Shown here: positions 40,628-54,229 of the stretch, piece by piece
Layout: every line of letters begins with the position of its first letter
Position numbering within the stretch: position 1 is the stretch's first letter
Source: Eledone cirrhosa
Taxonomy: Eukaryota
Reading direction: 5' to 3'
Length of the DNA stretch: 64,000 nucleotides
NCBI GenBank assembly: GCA_964016885.1
Contig: OZ024761.1
Span: 10,602,001-10,666,000 of the forward strand
The notes under the pieces: model-generated
Databases searched by the model: none
Told to the model about the DNA's origin: nothing
What the model saw: only the letters and a program-made list of their open reading frames with translations
Made by a program: the position numbers and the translations under genes

Positions 40628-40950
40628 GTGGGTACTTTTTTTATTTTAACCTTAACCTCTTTCCTAACTACACACGTTTCTTTTCTGATGAAGGACTAGC
40701 ATCTGATACATTGAAAGTGTTTCTTTTTCCTTTTCATACAAGTGAGAACCTAATAACACTTTCTTTAACTGTCCCCTGTTTTTCATTGTTGGCCTTGTAC
40801 TATGTGTGTATGTGTATCTATTTATATATATATTGTTATATTTGGAAATATAAAATACACACACTATTTGACTTTTGCTTCAGCTTTATTATTATTGGTT
40901 ATTTCATCAAAGCTCTTTTGCCACAATTCTGTGACCTCCTTAATAATAAT

Positions 40951-41095
40951 ATCAGGAAGCCCTGATGATTTCTCCCAAATGAAACAGTTCTAGTCCTGTA
41001 GAAGCCATTTCTATATTAAATATTTATACTCTGCTATGTATTGAGTACCTTACTTACTGTGGTTACCCCCGATTGAACCCGGGATAAACTCATAT
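40951..41095 (+). mobile_element. Penelope-like repeat unit with hammerhead core
   Basis: CTGATGA..GAAACAG..CTGTAGAAGCC followed by conserved tail ...tactgtggttacccccgattgaacccggg. Confidence 0.55.
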
Positions 41096-41463
41096 ATATA
41101 CATACATATATATTATATATAAATATCATTGTTGTTGATGTTTGTACATTCCTTTTGCCATGCTGGCATGGGTTGGATGAGACTTTGAGGCAGAATTCTA
41201 TTTGTTAATTCAAATGTTTACAGTATCTTTACTAGTTGACAGACTGTTGTAAAAGTTATCTGTTCAAACTGGTCATAACCGGCCGCTCATACTGAAGTAT
41301 TTCTTCTCAAAATAAATAATATCAAAACCTCATAGATTCGATATTATGAGGTAGAGCTTTTACTGTGAAAATACAATAGTATATATTGAGTTAATATGGA
41401 AGTAGAGTGCAGTTTATTTAAGTGACATTTTTCTACCATCTCTGCATTTGTTTTACCCCACAG

Positions 41464-41601
41464 GATATTACAGGTATTGTGCAAGAACCTTAAGCTGTTT
41501 GACAACTTTGATTATAAACAATTGGCACACATGACTCCTGGGTTTGTCGGTGCCGACCTTGGTGCCTTAGCCAGAGAAGCTGCCATGGTGGCTATTAACA
41601 G
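41464..41601 (+). CDS. NVL: NVL exon 13
   Basis: [11 protein letters not shown]...[27 protein letters not shown]. Confidence 0.95.
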
Positions 41602-42196
41602 GTAACAACTTAAATGTAACAAATTTTCTCTCTCTCACTCTCTCAGCATTCCACAGACATGTACCCTAAACGTAATTCTCAGGGAGATTCAATGTGACAC
41701 TGTGTGAGTTCAGTAGCTGAGCATTCTACAGACACATGTACCCTATATGTAATTCTCAATGTGTGGCAAGGTGGGCCCATTGAATTACAAGTACTGTAAG
41801 TTTACCAGACTTCCAAACAGTTTCCGTCTACCCAATTCCACTCAGAAGGCCTAAGCCCACCCAAGGCCATGTTAAACGACACTTGCCTAGGGGGCCATGT
41901 TGTGGGATCGAACCTGGGACCTAATGTTTGAAAGTGCACCTCTTAACCATTCGGCCATGCCATGGCTGGTCACACCACTAGACCAAGAAATCATAAATAA
42001 TAATAAATATAATGAAAATTGTGTGCAGTGCTCAGGTGCACTACAACTCCTCAAAGGTGCATGAATAGTACATAGAATAATGTACAAATGTCAGGAAAGT
42101 GAACAGTGTATGAGTGATGATATACACAAAGACATGCATGCGTGTGTATGGAGGGGGAATATCAGGTGTAATGTTGGCGAAAAAAAAGAAGGAAAT

Positions 42197-42394
42197 GCTT
42201 ACAGCACCTAGGTTTCCCAAGTGGTCCCCCATCTAAGTACTAACTAGGCTCGAGTCAAGATATACATGAATTTCAGGCAGTATGGAGGTTTTAAAGGATG
42301 CAGTGTCCCGACAGTGAACAACTAATGCAGGTAGTTTGTTCCATGCTTAACTTCGGTGATCGGATGAGAACCGGTGTTTTCAGTGTGATATGGT
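42197..42394 (-). pseudogene. 5S rRNA pseudogene interrupted by a ~90-bp insertion
   Basis: Minus strand: ccatatcacactgaaaacaccggttctcatccgatcaccgaagttaagca, then an insert, then tcgagcctagttagtacttagatgggggaccacttgggaa..ggtgctgtaagc and an oligo-T run. Confidence 0.85.
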
Positions 42395-42498
42395 TTCCTT
42401 TTTCCTTTTTTCCATGATTGAATGAGTTGGATCGGTCTTTCCCAGCACAACCTCTACTCCCTTACTGAATTCCTTTGTTCCATTGTCTCAATTTCCAG

Positions 42499-42731
42499 GG
42501 TATTTCAAAAAGTCCAAGAGAGCCAGGGACCAAAAATGGATATAGAGCCAACAGAAGTAGATAAATCTAAGAACAGCAATGATGTAGATGGTTCCACTGA
42601 AGGCAGTATTGCTAGTAGTCCACCTCCTACTTCTACTACAACTCCTACTATTCCCCCTGCTACTGCTGTTACTTCTGCTTCTCTGCAACTGGTATCGACC
42701 ACACCTCTCATGTCAGATGAATTGCTGTTAG
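42499..42731 (+). CDS. NVL: NVL exon 14
   Basis: cag acceptor, VFQKVQESQGP...MSDELLL, gtaaga donor; phases fit. Confidence 0.85.
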
Positions 42732-43248
42732 GTAAGAAGATAATTTCTTTTATATATCATCATAATCATCGTCATCATCATTGTTTAATGTCTACTTTCC
42801 CATGCTAGCATGGATTAGACCGGTTTGTCCCATTAGAGGCAAGTTGGGTCGGGTAACCGTGTCTCGCTCATACAGGACCGTTTCTGGCTGGTTTTCTATG
42901 GCTGGATGCCCTGCTTAACGCCAACCACATTTACAGTCTGTGCTGGATGTTTTGTGGTACCATGAAACAGTCCTAGTCCTATAGAAGCCATTTCTATATT
43001 AAATATTTATACTCTGCTATGTATTGAGTACTTTACTTACTGTGGTTATCCCCGATTGAACCCGAGACACACACACATCATCATCACCGTTTTACGTGGA
43101 AGAATGGACGTAAAACAGTGATGATGATGATGTATGTGTTTATCCCAGGTTCAATCAGGGGTAACCACAGTAAGTGAGGTACTCAATACATAGCAGAGTA
43201 TAAACATTTAATATAGAAATGTTTCATTTAAAGGAAATCATCAGGAAA

Positions 43249-43300
43249 GCATTCCTGATGATTTCCTTCTGAATGAAACAGTTCTAGTTCTGTAGAAGCC
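43249..43300 (+). ncRNA. Putative type I hammerhead ribozyme
   Basis: gcattc-CTGATGA-tttccttctgaat-GAAA-cag ttctagtt ctg-TA-gaagc; intact core, stem III ACAG/CTGT, GUA cleavage triplet. Confidence 0.6.
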
Positions 43301-43392
43301 ATTTCTATATTAAATATATATATAAATATTAACTTATATATAAATATTAACTACATTAATGTATATATATAAAATATATTCTTGTCTCAAAG

Positions 43393-43472
43393 CTCTCCGC
43401 TGGCTCAGAGAAGAACCTCCACTGTCTCCAAATGAACTAGAAAATATTTTTATTACAATGGACGATTTTATG
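43393..43472 (+). CDS. NVL: NVL exon 15
   Basis: aag acceptor, (A)LRWLREEPPLSPNELENIFITMDDFM, gtaagt donor; the AAG acceptor is inferred from phase. Confidence 0.85.
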
Positions 43473-43617
43473 GTAAGTTTGTCACCTTTTTTATTATATT
43501 TTCATTGTTATCCTTATTGGTGGTGGATTGACAGAATCGGTAGAGCATCGGACAACATCCTTCGCAAAAGGATGAAGAAACTATTTTATTATTCAAATTT
43601 GTTTGTATGTCTTTCAG

Positions 43618-43740
43618 GAAGCTGTGAAGCTGGTTCAACCATCAGCCAAGCGAGAAGGTTTTGCTACCATTCCTGATGTCACATGGGATGACATTGGAGC
43701 ACTGCATAGTATTCGGGAAGAATTGAAACTGGCTATATTG
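43618..43740 (+). CDS. NVL: NVL exon 16
   Basis: [29 protein letters not shown]...LAIL. Confidence 0.95.
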
Positions 43741-44141
43741 GTAAGGTTTTGAATTTCTAGTGGCAATTCCTTTCACTATTTGGTGCTCAAGCGTTGGACA
43801 ACATGCTATGTGGCATAGGGTTATGTCTCTTTACTATCTGAGTTCAAATACTGCCCAGGTTAGCTTTGCCTTTCATCCTTACGGGGTTGATTAAATAAAG
43901 TACCAGTAATGTACTGAGTCGATTCAATCGACTTTCCCCTTCCCTAGAATTGCTGACCTTGTGCCTAAATTAGAAACCAATAATTGAGTATTCTCCGAGG
44001 TTGGGCTAAGAAGTTCATAGGCTGACTATGAAGGAGTGATGCTACAGCTATGAAATCTTGCATGCATTAATTTCAACTTTTCTTATTAATAAATGCATTG
44101 TTTCTTTTTATGTTCAAAAATAAACCTCATTTCTTTTTTAG

Positions 44142-44261
<120 letters not shown>

Positions 44262-44448
44262 TAAAGGGGTTATATCTAGGGAGCTGCTACAATGAAAATG
44301 TGTGTATGTATGTGTGTGTGGTGGTGGTGGTGGTGGGGGGTGGGGGGTTGTAAATATTAAGGCAACAAAATTGGATTGAGAGAAATGTAGGAGTTTATAT
44401 TATAGCATGAAATGGTATCTATTTAGTTGTAATAATATTTTCTTTTAG

Positions 44449-44511
44449 GCCATCTCCAATGAATCTGGAATAAACTTCATATCTGTCAAAGGACCAGAAT
44501 TACTAAATATG
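44449..44511 (+). CDS. NVL: NVL exon 18
   Basis: AISNESGINFISVKGPELLNM. Confidence 0.95.
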
Positions 44512-44959
44512 GTAAGATCAACATTCAGTTTTTATTAGATTGTAGTTACTTGGTTTTGTGGTTAAGGTGTTGGATTCGTGGTCAAAAGGTCATGGGTTCG
44601 AAACCACTTTAAAAAAAAAAGAGCTTTCCTCCCCTTTTCACTCCTATAAACCAAATCACTAATAATTATTGCCCCTTTCTTTGGAACTCTTACCAGAGTT
44701 CATTTCAATATGACTGAACTGATTAACTGAGATGGAGTATGTAGATGTTCAGATAATGTATTGTTGATGTAACAAAATATTTTAGATAACAGCTTCTTGA
44801 ATATTTATTTCGAAATTCAACTACACTATATATACTATTTTACATACATTTGCAATGTACCATATATTTTGAAATAAGGTTTTGTAGGGTCCAATAGATA
44901 AGTGACAGGCTGGATTTGAAAGGTGTGACTTATACACAATTTTATGTCAACATAATTAG

Positions 44960-45145
<186 letters not shown>

Positions 45146-45244
45146 TAACTTTCAAATAACCATTGGGTTTGGTTTGGTTTTTTTTTTTTGGTAGCTGTTT
45201 GATTAGGAAGTCCGTTTCATATATGTGTAGTTTCTTTTACTATG

Positions 45245-45490
45245 ACCCCCTGTTGACAAACCATCTTCTACCATAGCCCTCACTTGACAAACCATCTTCT
45301 ACCATAGCCCTCACTTGACAAACCATCTTCTACTATGCCCCTCTTTTGGCCTTCAGTTGACAAACCATCTTCTACTATGGCCCTCAGTTGACAAACCATC
45401 TACTGTGGCCCTCAGTTGACAAACCATCATCTACCATGGCCCTCAGTTGACAAACCATCTTCTACTGTGGCCCTCGGTTGACTAATCCCT
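45245..45490. repeat. ~31-bp tandem repeat (gttgacaaaccatcttctactatggccctca)
   Basis: Directly visible, ~7 copies. Confidence 0.75.
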
Positions 45491-45917
45491 TGTCTGTGGA
45501 ATTTTGGAGATGGAAACTAGATACCCATTCTCTCTCTCTCTCTCTCTATCTATATATATATATATTAAAATAACAGATTAAAGTTTAAGCAAGGAATCGC
45601 TGCTTTGACCCTTAACGGGATCTTCTGGATCTTAGTCTTTGGATTTTAGTCTTCAAATTTATTATTATTACTATATATATATATATATATGTGAGTCCCG
45701 GGTTCAATCGGGGGTAACTACAGTAAGGTACTCAATACATTAGTAGAGTGTAAATAACAATTTAATCTAGAAATGGCTTCTACAGGACTAGAACTGTTTC
45801 ATCAAAGGAAATCATCACTGGGGTGTATTTATATTTATATATATATATACGTTATTCCGGGTTGAATCGGAGGTAACCACAGTAAGTAAGGTACTCAATA
45901 CATTGCAGAGTATAAAA

Positions 45918-45964
45918 ATTCCTGATGATTTCTAAAGAATGAAACAGTTCTAGTCCTGTAGAAT
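45918..45964 (+). ncRNA. Putative type I hammerhead ribozyme
   Basis: attc-CTGATGA-tttc taaa gaat-GAAA-cag ttctagtc ctg-TA-gaat; stems I-III can form. Confidence 0.62.
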
Positions 45965-45978
45965 CTCATCTATATTAA

Positions 45979-46015
<37 letters not shown>

Positions 46016-46749
46016 CCACTGTTGTTATTGTTATTAGATGTAGCTGAGGACTATATGGCACCCAGTCCATGAAATGCTTGGTGGTGGTGGCCATTTCGTC
46101 TCCAAGCATCGATTCCCTCACTAAATTTAGCTTGCCACCAGAATCAGAGTCAATAGATTAGATAATGCTATGTCCAGTATTGAAATAATTTCTCTGTAAC
46201 CTTCTTGAAGCTCCGGACACATTAAGTCGCCAATAGAGTTATCTCCCCTTAATACATAATGCAGTGTCAAGGGAAGCAATTCATAGAAATTCGTTGATAA
46301 AAGTAACTTCCCCTTAATACATTAAGGGAAGCAACTTATAAAAATTCGTAGTGAACTAAAGATTAAAAATACAGGGTGTTCCCTAAAACTGTATGCACAC
46401 TTCAACAGCATTCTGATTAATATTGCCTGTACAAGTAATCATAGTGTGCATACATTTTTTGGAGACATCCTGTATATCAATAAGAAGTTCATATATGGGA
46501 ATTTAATTAAGATTTGTTATTCCTAGGGTTTAGCTATACGGGATTGGAAGGGCCTTCAGTTTGTGTCAAAAGACTTCTCATCTGCACCCAATAAAATGTA
46601 TGACCATACATAAGCAATATACAGACCCCCCCCCTTGGCCTTTTTGAGAAGCCAGTCTTATTTCTGTACTGACTTGGTCTGTGTGGACCTGTCTAAACTT
46701 TGCTAGCAGAAAAAACAGACATTAATGATAATGATGATATATATATATA

Positions 46750-47232
46750 GCGAGATACAAAACCTGGGACGACTTGATAAATTCCGACCTCACACACTTA
46801 CACCTCTCCAAGACAATGTCACTGGACCGAGATCTTCTGGCGCTACACGGTCATACAGAAGACCCGCCTTGCCTAAGTACAAAGAGAAACCTACATTCAG
46901 TAGGCACCTCTAACAAAATACCCCCCCTTAAATGTGAAGTTATGTTGGTACCACAACATCCAGTCCGAAACAAATGAGGTCGTGTAGGTGTCACGACAAA
47001 AAAACACACAGTCCACGCTGTAATGTGGCCGTGTAGGTAACACGGTAAAAACCTCCCAGTCCCACACTGTAAATGTGGTTGGTGTTAGGAAGGGCATCCA
47101 GCCGTAGAAAACCCGCCAGACAGTCCTATATGAGCAGGACAACAAATCTGGCCTCAAGTGGGAAACCTCCCATCCAAACCCATGCAAGCGTGGATGATGG
47201 ACGTTAAACGATGATGATGATGATGATGATGA
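46750..47232 (+). mobile_element. RTE LINE 3' fragment
   Basis: SDLTHLHLSKTMSLDRD, 3' UTR and (gat)n tail, homologous to 58505-58934; another copy at ~48860-49325. Confidence 0.75.
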
Positions 47233-47749
47233 GACCCCTCGGCCTGTCTGAGAGGCCAGTAATGTCACTTCAGTACAGACTTGATCTATGTAGACCCTTG
47301 TTAGCAGGGAAAACAGACATTGAACGATGATCATGATATATATCATATTGTGTGGTCCATACTGTAAATGTGGTTGGTATTAGGAAGGGCACCCAGCTAT
47401 AGAAATCCTGCCAGGGACAGTTCTGTATGAGAGAGACACAGTCTCCTGACCAATCTTGCCTCAAGTGGAACAAAACCGTCTAACCCATGCTAGCGTGGAA
47501 GATGGATGTTAAACGATGATGATGATGATATATACCAATATACAGACCCCTCAGCCTGTCTGAGAGGTCAGTCTTGCTTCAGTACTGACTTGGTCTATGT
47601 AGACCCGTCCAACCCTTGCTAGCAGGGAAAACAGACATTAAACGATGACGACTGTGGTGTTGATGATGGCGGCGGTGTTGATGACGATGTTGATTTTTAT
47701 GTACGTTCTGTACTGTTTGGCTAAATCTGTTGCCCATTGTATGTTCTAG

Positions 47750-47878
<129 letters not shown>

Positions 47879-48076
47879 TGACCAAATGGTTAACCCTTTA
47901 TCTCACACTGTGTTAGTACTGCTGTAGGTTGATACATACCTTTATTTAGAATCACACTGTGTTAGTACTCCTTTGTACCTTTATTCAGAATCACATTGTG
48001 TTGGTACTGCTGTAGGTTCATATATACCTTTATTTGGAATCACACTTAGTACTGTTGCTAGTAATCAATATATTGA

Positions 48077-48223
<147 letters not shown>

Positions 48224-48638
48224 TAGTCATTGTTGCTGGTGTCATTGTTATTGTCATTGTTGTTGATGCTGTTGTTGTTGTTGTTGTTACTGTTGTTATC
48301 ATTGTTATTATTGCTGTTGTAATTATTAGTCGTTGTTTTTGTTGGTGTTATTGTCTTTGTTGATGTCAATGTTCGGGTTTGTTGTTGGTGTTGTTTATGT
48401 CATTTACTCAGTGAAAATTTGTAGTATGAGAGTAAAGACTTTAACATTTAATGTGATGCAGTTATAGTGTTGTTTTGTATTTTTCAAGAATGTCTTGCTG
48501 ATGTGGTTTCATGTTGAACAGGATGTTAAGAGTTAATGTGATGCAGTCATAGTGTTGTTTTGTACTTTTCAAGAATGTCCTACTAATGTGGTTTCATGTG
48601 GTACAATCCTTTCTTTTACTCTGCATCTGTTTATACAG

Positions 48639-48715
48639 GGTGGAACCAAACCCAAACTCAGTGACGAAAGTCTCCTGGAAGTCATTGCTAAAGACACACG
48701 CTCTACTGGTTTCTC
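48639..48715 (+). CDS. NVL: NVL exon 22
   Basis: GGTKPKLSDESLLEVIAKDTRSTGF, gtaagg donor. Confidence 0.9.
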
Positions 48716-49484
48716 GTAAGGAATTAACATTTTTTTTTCATGTTTTTTTTTTCTCTATTCAAACACTGGGTTTGCTAGATCCACATTGAACTGGGATTAA
48801 GCACCAACAACTGTTTTAATGACTGATTGATCTGTCTATAATATACATATGTGTGAACAGGACCAGCACCTGGGTATTTAACACCCTAGGCCAGCTCTAC
48901 AGTGTGTGACCTCTGGCGTCACGCAGTAATACAGAAGACCTGACCCCCCCCCTTCCCCACGGGTACAAGCCGAAGCTGAAGCATATAGACAATATGTTCC
49001 CACCCCCTCCCACTGCAAAGTGGTCGTGGAGGTGCCATGGCAAAAAAGCACCCAACCCACACTGTAAAGTGGACGTGTAGGCGCCAAAAAAGCACCCAGT
49101 CCACACTGTAAAGTGGTCATGAAGGCGCCACGGTAAAAAAGTACCCAGCACTCACTGTAAATGAGGTTGGTGTTGGGAAGGGCATCCAGCTGTAGAAATC
49201 AAGCCAGAATCAGTTCCCGTATGAGCAAGTCAAGGTCAGCCGACCGGGCACTTCCCACAACAGGACAACCCATCTAACCCATGCTAGCGTGGAAGAACAG
49301 ACGTAAAATGGTGATGATGATGATGATGATATATATATATACACATATATATGTGTGTGTGTGTGTTTGAAGAAGATATTTGATGCAGTTTGTATATGTG
49401 TGTGGAGAGAGAGAGGAGGGGGAGCAGCTAGAGGTGAGTAGTTTGACTTCCCATAACAAATATTTTAAACCCTAATCATTGCAG

Positions 49485-49650
49485 TGGTGCCGATCTCTCG
49501 TCCCTGATATGTGAAGCCAGCACAAGTGCCATGAAAGAAAGCATCATCAATTGTCCGAATGAAGACTCCAAGGACCTCCCTGTTGTTATAGTAACTGACA
49601 AACATGTAGAAATTGCCTTCTCCAAAGTAAGACCTTCGGTCTCTGTAAAG
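49485..49650 (+). CDS. NVL: NVL exon 23
   Basis: GADLSSLICEAS...HVEIAFSKVRPSVSVK, gtcagt donor. Confidence 0.92.
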
Positions 49651-49788
49651 GTCAGTCCCCTGCATCCCCTCCTTGTTTGTTTTAGCCATTTCATGCCTAA
49701 CTCTCTAAAATGATGATTATATATATGATTCTGAAAGGTGAAAAAACTCTGGCCGATTTAAATGCTAAACAGTTAATTAACCGTTTAG

Positions 49789-52700
49789 CATCTACATTAC
49801 TCTATATTTACTAGTGTATTTTCATGGGAAAGGTTTTACCCCACATAACATCTACATTACTCTATATTTACTAGTGTATTTTCATGGGAAAGGTTTTACC
49901 TCACATAACATCTACATTACTCTATATTTACTAGTGTATTTTCATGGGAAAGGTTTTACCCCACATAACATCTACATTACTCTATATTTACTAGTGTATT
50001 TTCATGGGAAAGGTTTTACCCCACATAACATCTACATTACTCTATATTTACTAGTGTATTTTCATGGGAAAGGTTTTACCTCACATAACATCTACATTAC
50101 TCTATATTTACTAGTGTATTTTCATGGGAAAGGTTTTACCCCACATAACATCTACATTACTCTATATTTACTAGTGTATTTTCATGGGAAAGGTTTTACT
50201 TCACATAACATCTACATTACTCTATATTTACTAGTGTATTTTCATGGGAAAGGTTTTACCCCACATAACATCTACATTACTCTATATTTACTAGTGTATT
50301 TTCATGGGAAAGGTTTTACCTCACATAACATCTACATTACTCTATATTTACTAGTGTATTTTCATGGGAAAGGTTTTACCTCACATAACATCTACATTAC
50401 TCTATATTTACTAGTGTATTTTCATGGGAAAGGTTTTACCTCACATAATATCTACTTTACTCTATATTTACTAGTGTATTTTCATGGGAAAGGTTTTACC
50501 TCACATAATATCTACATTACTCTATATTTACTAGTGTATTTTCATGGGAAAGGTTTTACCTCACATAACATCTACTTTACTCTATATTTACTAGTGTATT
50601 TTCATGGGAAAGGTTTTACCTCACATAATATCTACATTACTCTATATTTACTAGTGTATTTTCATGGGAAAGGTTTTACCCCACATAACATCTACTTTAC
50701 TCTATATTTACTAGTGTATTTTCATGGGAAAGGTTTTACCTCACATAACATCTACATTACTCTATATTTACTAGTGTATTTTCATGGGAAAGGTTTTACC
50801 CCACATAACATCTACTTTACTCTATATTTACTAGTGTATTTTCATGGGAAAGGTTTTACCTCACATAATATCTACATTACTCTATATTTACTAGTGTATT
50901 TTCATGGGAAAGGTTTTACCTCACATAATATCTACATTACTCTATATTTACTAGTGTATTTTCATGGGAAAGGTTTTACCCCACATAACATCTACTTTAC
51001 TCTATATTTACTAGTGTATTTTCATGGGAAAGGTTTTACCTCACATAATATCTACATTACTCTATATTTACTAGTGTATTTTCATGGGAAAGGTTTTACC
51101 CCACATAACATCTACATTACTCTATATTTACTAGTGTATTTTCATGGGAAAGGTTTTACCTCACATAACATCTACATTACTCTATATTTACTAGTGTATT
51201 TTCATGGGAAAGGTTTTACCCCACATAACATCTACATTACTCTATATTTACTAGTGTATTTTCATGGGAAAGGTTTTACCCCACATAACATCTACATTAC
51301 TCTATATTTACTAGTGTATTTTCATGGGAAAGGTTTTACCCCACATAACATCTACATTACTCTATATTTACTAGTGTATTTTCATGGGAAAGGTTTTACC
51401 CCACATAACATCTACATTACTCTATATTTACTAGTGTATTTTCATGGGAAAGGTTTTACCCCACATAACATCTACATTACTCTATATTTACTAGTGTATT
51501 TTCATGGGAAAGGTTTTACCCCACATAACATCTACATTACTCTATATTTACTAGTGTATTTTCATGGGAAAGGTTTTACTCCACATAACATCTACATTAC
51601 TCTATATTTACTAGTGTATTTTCATGGGAAAGGTTTTACCTCACATAACATCTACATTACTCTATATTTACTAGTGTATTTTCATGGGAAAGGTTTTACC
51701 CCACATAACATCTACATTACTCTATATTTACTAGTGTATTTTCATGGGAAAGGTTTTACCTCACATAACATCTACATTACTCTATATTTACTAGTGTATT
51801 TTCATGGGAAAGGTTTTACCCCACATAACATCTACATTACTCTATATTTACTAGTGTATTTTCATGGGAAAGGTTTTACCCCACATAACATCTACATTAC
51901 TCTATATTTACTAGTGTATTTTCATGGGAAAGGTTTTACCCCACATAACATCTACATTACTCTATATTTACTAGTGTATTTTCATGGGAAAGGTTTTACC
52001 CCACATAACATCTACATTACTCTATATTTACTAGTGTATTTTCATGGGAAAGGTTTTACCTCACATAACATCTACATTACTCTATATTTACTAGTGTATT
52101 TTCAAGGGAAAGGTTTTACCCCACATAACATCTACATTACTCTATATTTACTAGTGTATTTTCATGGGAAAGGTTTTACCCCACATAACATCTACATTAC
52201 TCTATATTTACTAGTGTATTTTCATGGGAAAGGTTTTACCCCACATAACATCTACATTACTCTATATTTACTAGTGTATTTTCATGGGAAAGGTTTTACC
52301 TCACATAACATCTACATTACTCTATATTTACTAGTGTATTTTCATGGTAAAGGTTTTACCTCACATAACATCTACATTACTCTATATTTACTAGTGTATT
52401 TTCATGGGAAAGGTTTTACCCCACATAACATCTACATTACTCTATATTTACTAGTGTATTTTCATGGGAAAGGTTTTACCCCACATAACATCTACATTAC
52501 TCTATATTTACTAGTGTATTTTCATGGGAAAGGTTTTACCCCACATAACATCTACATTACTCTATATTTACTAGTGTATTTTCATGGGAAAGGTTTTACC
52601 CCACATAACATCTACATTACTCTATATTTACTAGTGTATTTTCATGGGAAAGGTTTTACCTCACATAACATCTACATTACTCTATATTTACTAGTGTATT

Positions 52701-54229
52701 TTCATGGGAAAGGTTTTACCCCACATACATCTACATTACTCTATATTTACTAGTGTATTTTCATGGGAAAGGTTTTACCCCACATAACATCTACATTACT
52801 CTATATTTACTAGTGTATTTTCATGGGAAAGGTTTTACCTCACATAACATCTACATTACTCTATATTTACTAGTGTATTTTCATGGGAAAGGTTTTACCC
52901 CACATAACATCTACATTACTCTATATTTACTAGTGTATTTTCATGGGAAAGGTTTTACCTCACATAACATCTACATTACTCTATATTTACTAGTGTCTTT
53001 TCATGGTAAAGGTTTCACCTCACATAACATCTACTTTACTCTATATTTACTAGTGTATTTTCATGGGAAAGGTTTTACCTCACATAACATCTACATTACT
53101 CTATATTTACTAGTGTATTTTCATGGGAAAGGTTTTACCTCACATAACATCTACATTACTCTATATTTACTAGTGTATTTTCATGGTAAAGGTTTTACCT
53201 CACATAACATCTACATTACTCTATATTTACTAGTGTCTTTTCATGGTAAAGGTTTTACCTCACATAACATCTACATTACTCTATATTTACTAGTGTATTT
53301 TCATGGGAAAGGTTTTACCTCACATAACATCTACATTACTCTATATTTACTAGTGTATTTTCATGGGAAAGGTTTTACCTCACATAACATCTACATTACT
53401 CTATATTTACTAAGTGTATTTTCATGGTAAAGGTTTTACCTCACATAACATCTACATTACTCTATATTTACTAGTGCATTTTCATGGGAAAGGTTTTACC
53501 CCACATAACATCTACATTACTCTATATTTACTAGTGCATTTTCATGGGAAAGGTTTTACCCCACATAACATCTACATTACTCTATATTTACTAGTGCATT
53601 TTCATGGGAAAGGTTTTACCCCACATAACATCTACATTACTCTATATTTACTAGTGCATTTTCATGGGAAAGGTTTTACCTCACATAACATCTACATTAC
53701 TCTATATTTACTAGTGCATTTTCATGGGAAAGGTTTTACCCCACATAACATCTACATTACTCTATATTTACTAGTGCATTTTCATGGTAAAGGTTTTACC
53801 CCACATAACATCTACATTACTCTATATTTACTAGTGTATTTTCATGGGAAAGGTTTTACCTCACATAACATCTACATTACTCTATATTTACTAGTGTATT
53901 TTCATGGTAAAGGTTTTACCTCACATAACATCTACATTACTCTATATTTACTAGTGTATTTTCATGGGAAAGGTTTTACCTCACATAACATCTACATTAC
54001 TCTATATTTACTAGTGTATTTTCATGGTAAAGGTTTTACTTCACATAACATCTACATTATTCTATATTTACTAGTGTATTTTCATGGTCAAGGTTTTACC
54101 TCACATAACATCTACATTACTCTATATTTACTAGTGTATTTTCATGGTAAAGGTTTTACTTCACATAACATCTACATTACTCTATATTTACTAGTGTATT
54201 TTCATGGTCAAGGTTTTACCTCACATAAT
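49789..54229. repeat. 60-bp satellite (~74 copies) amplified inside a TTAA MITE
   Basis: Unit catctacattactctatatttactagtgtattttcatgggaaaggttttacc(c/t)cacataa; MITE termini flank the array. Confidence 0.95.

Noticed and set aside
40685-40720. ctgatgaaggac...gatac possible hammerhead
   Set aside because: The GAAA core is absent and the stems are unconvincing.
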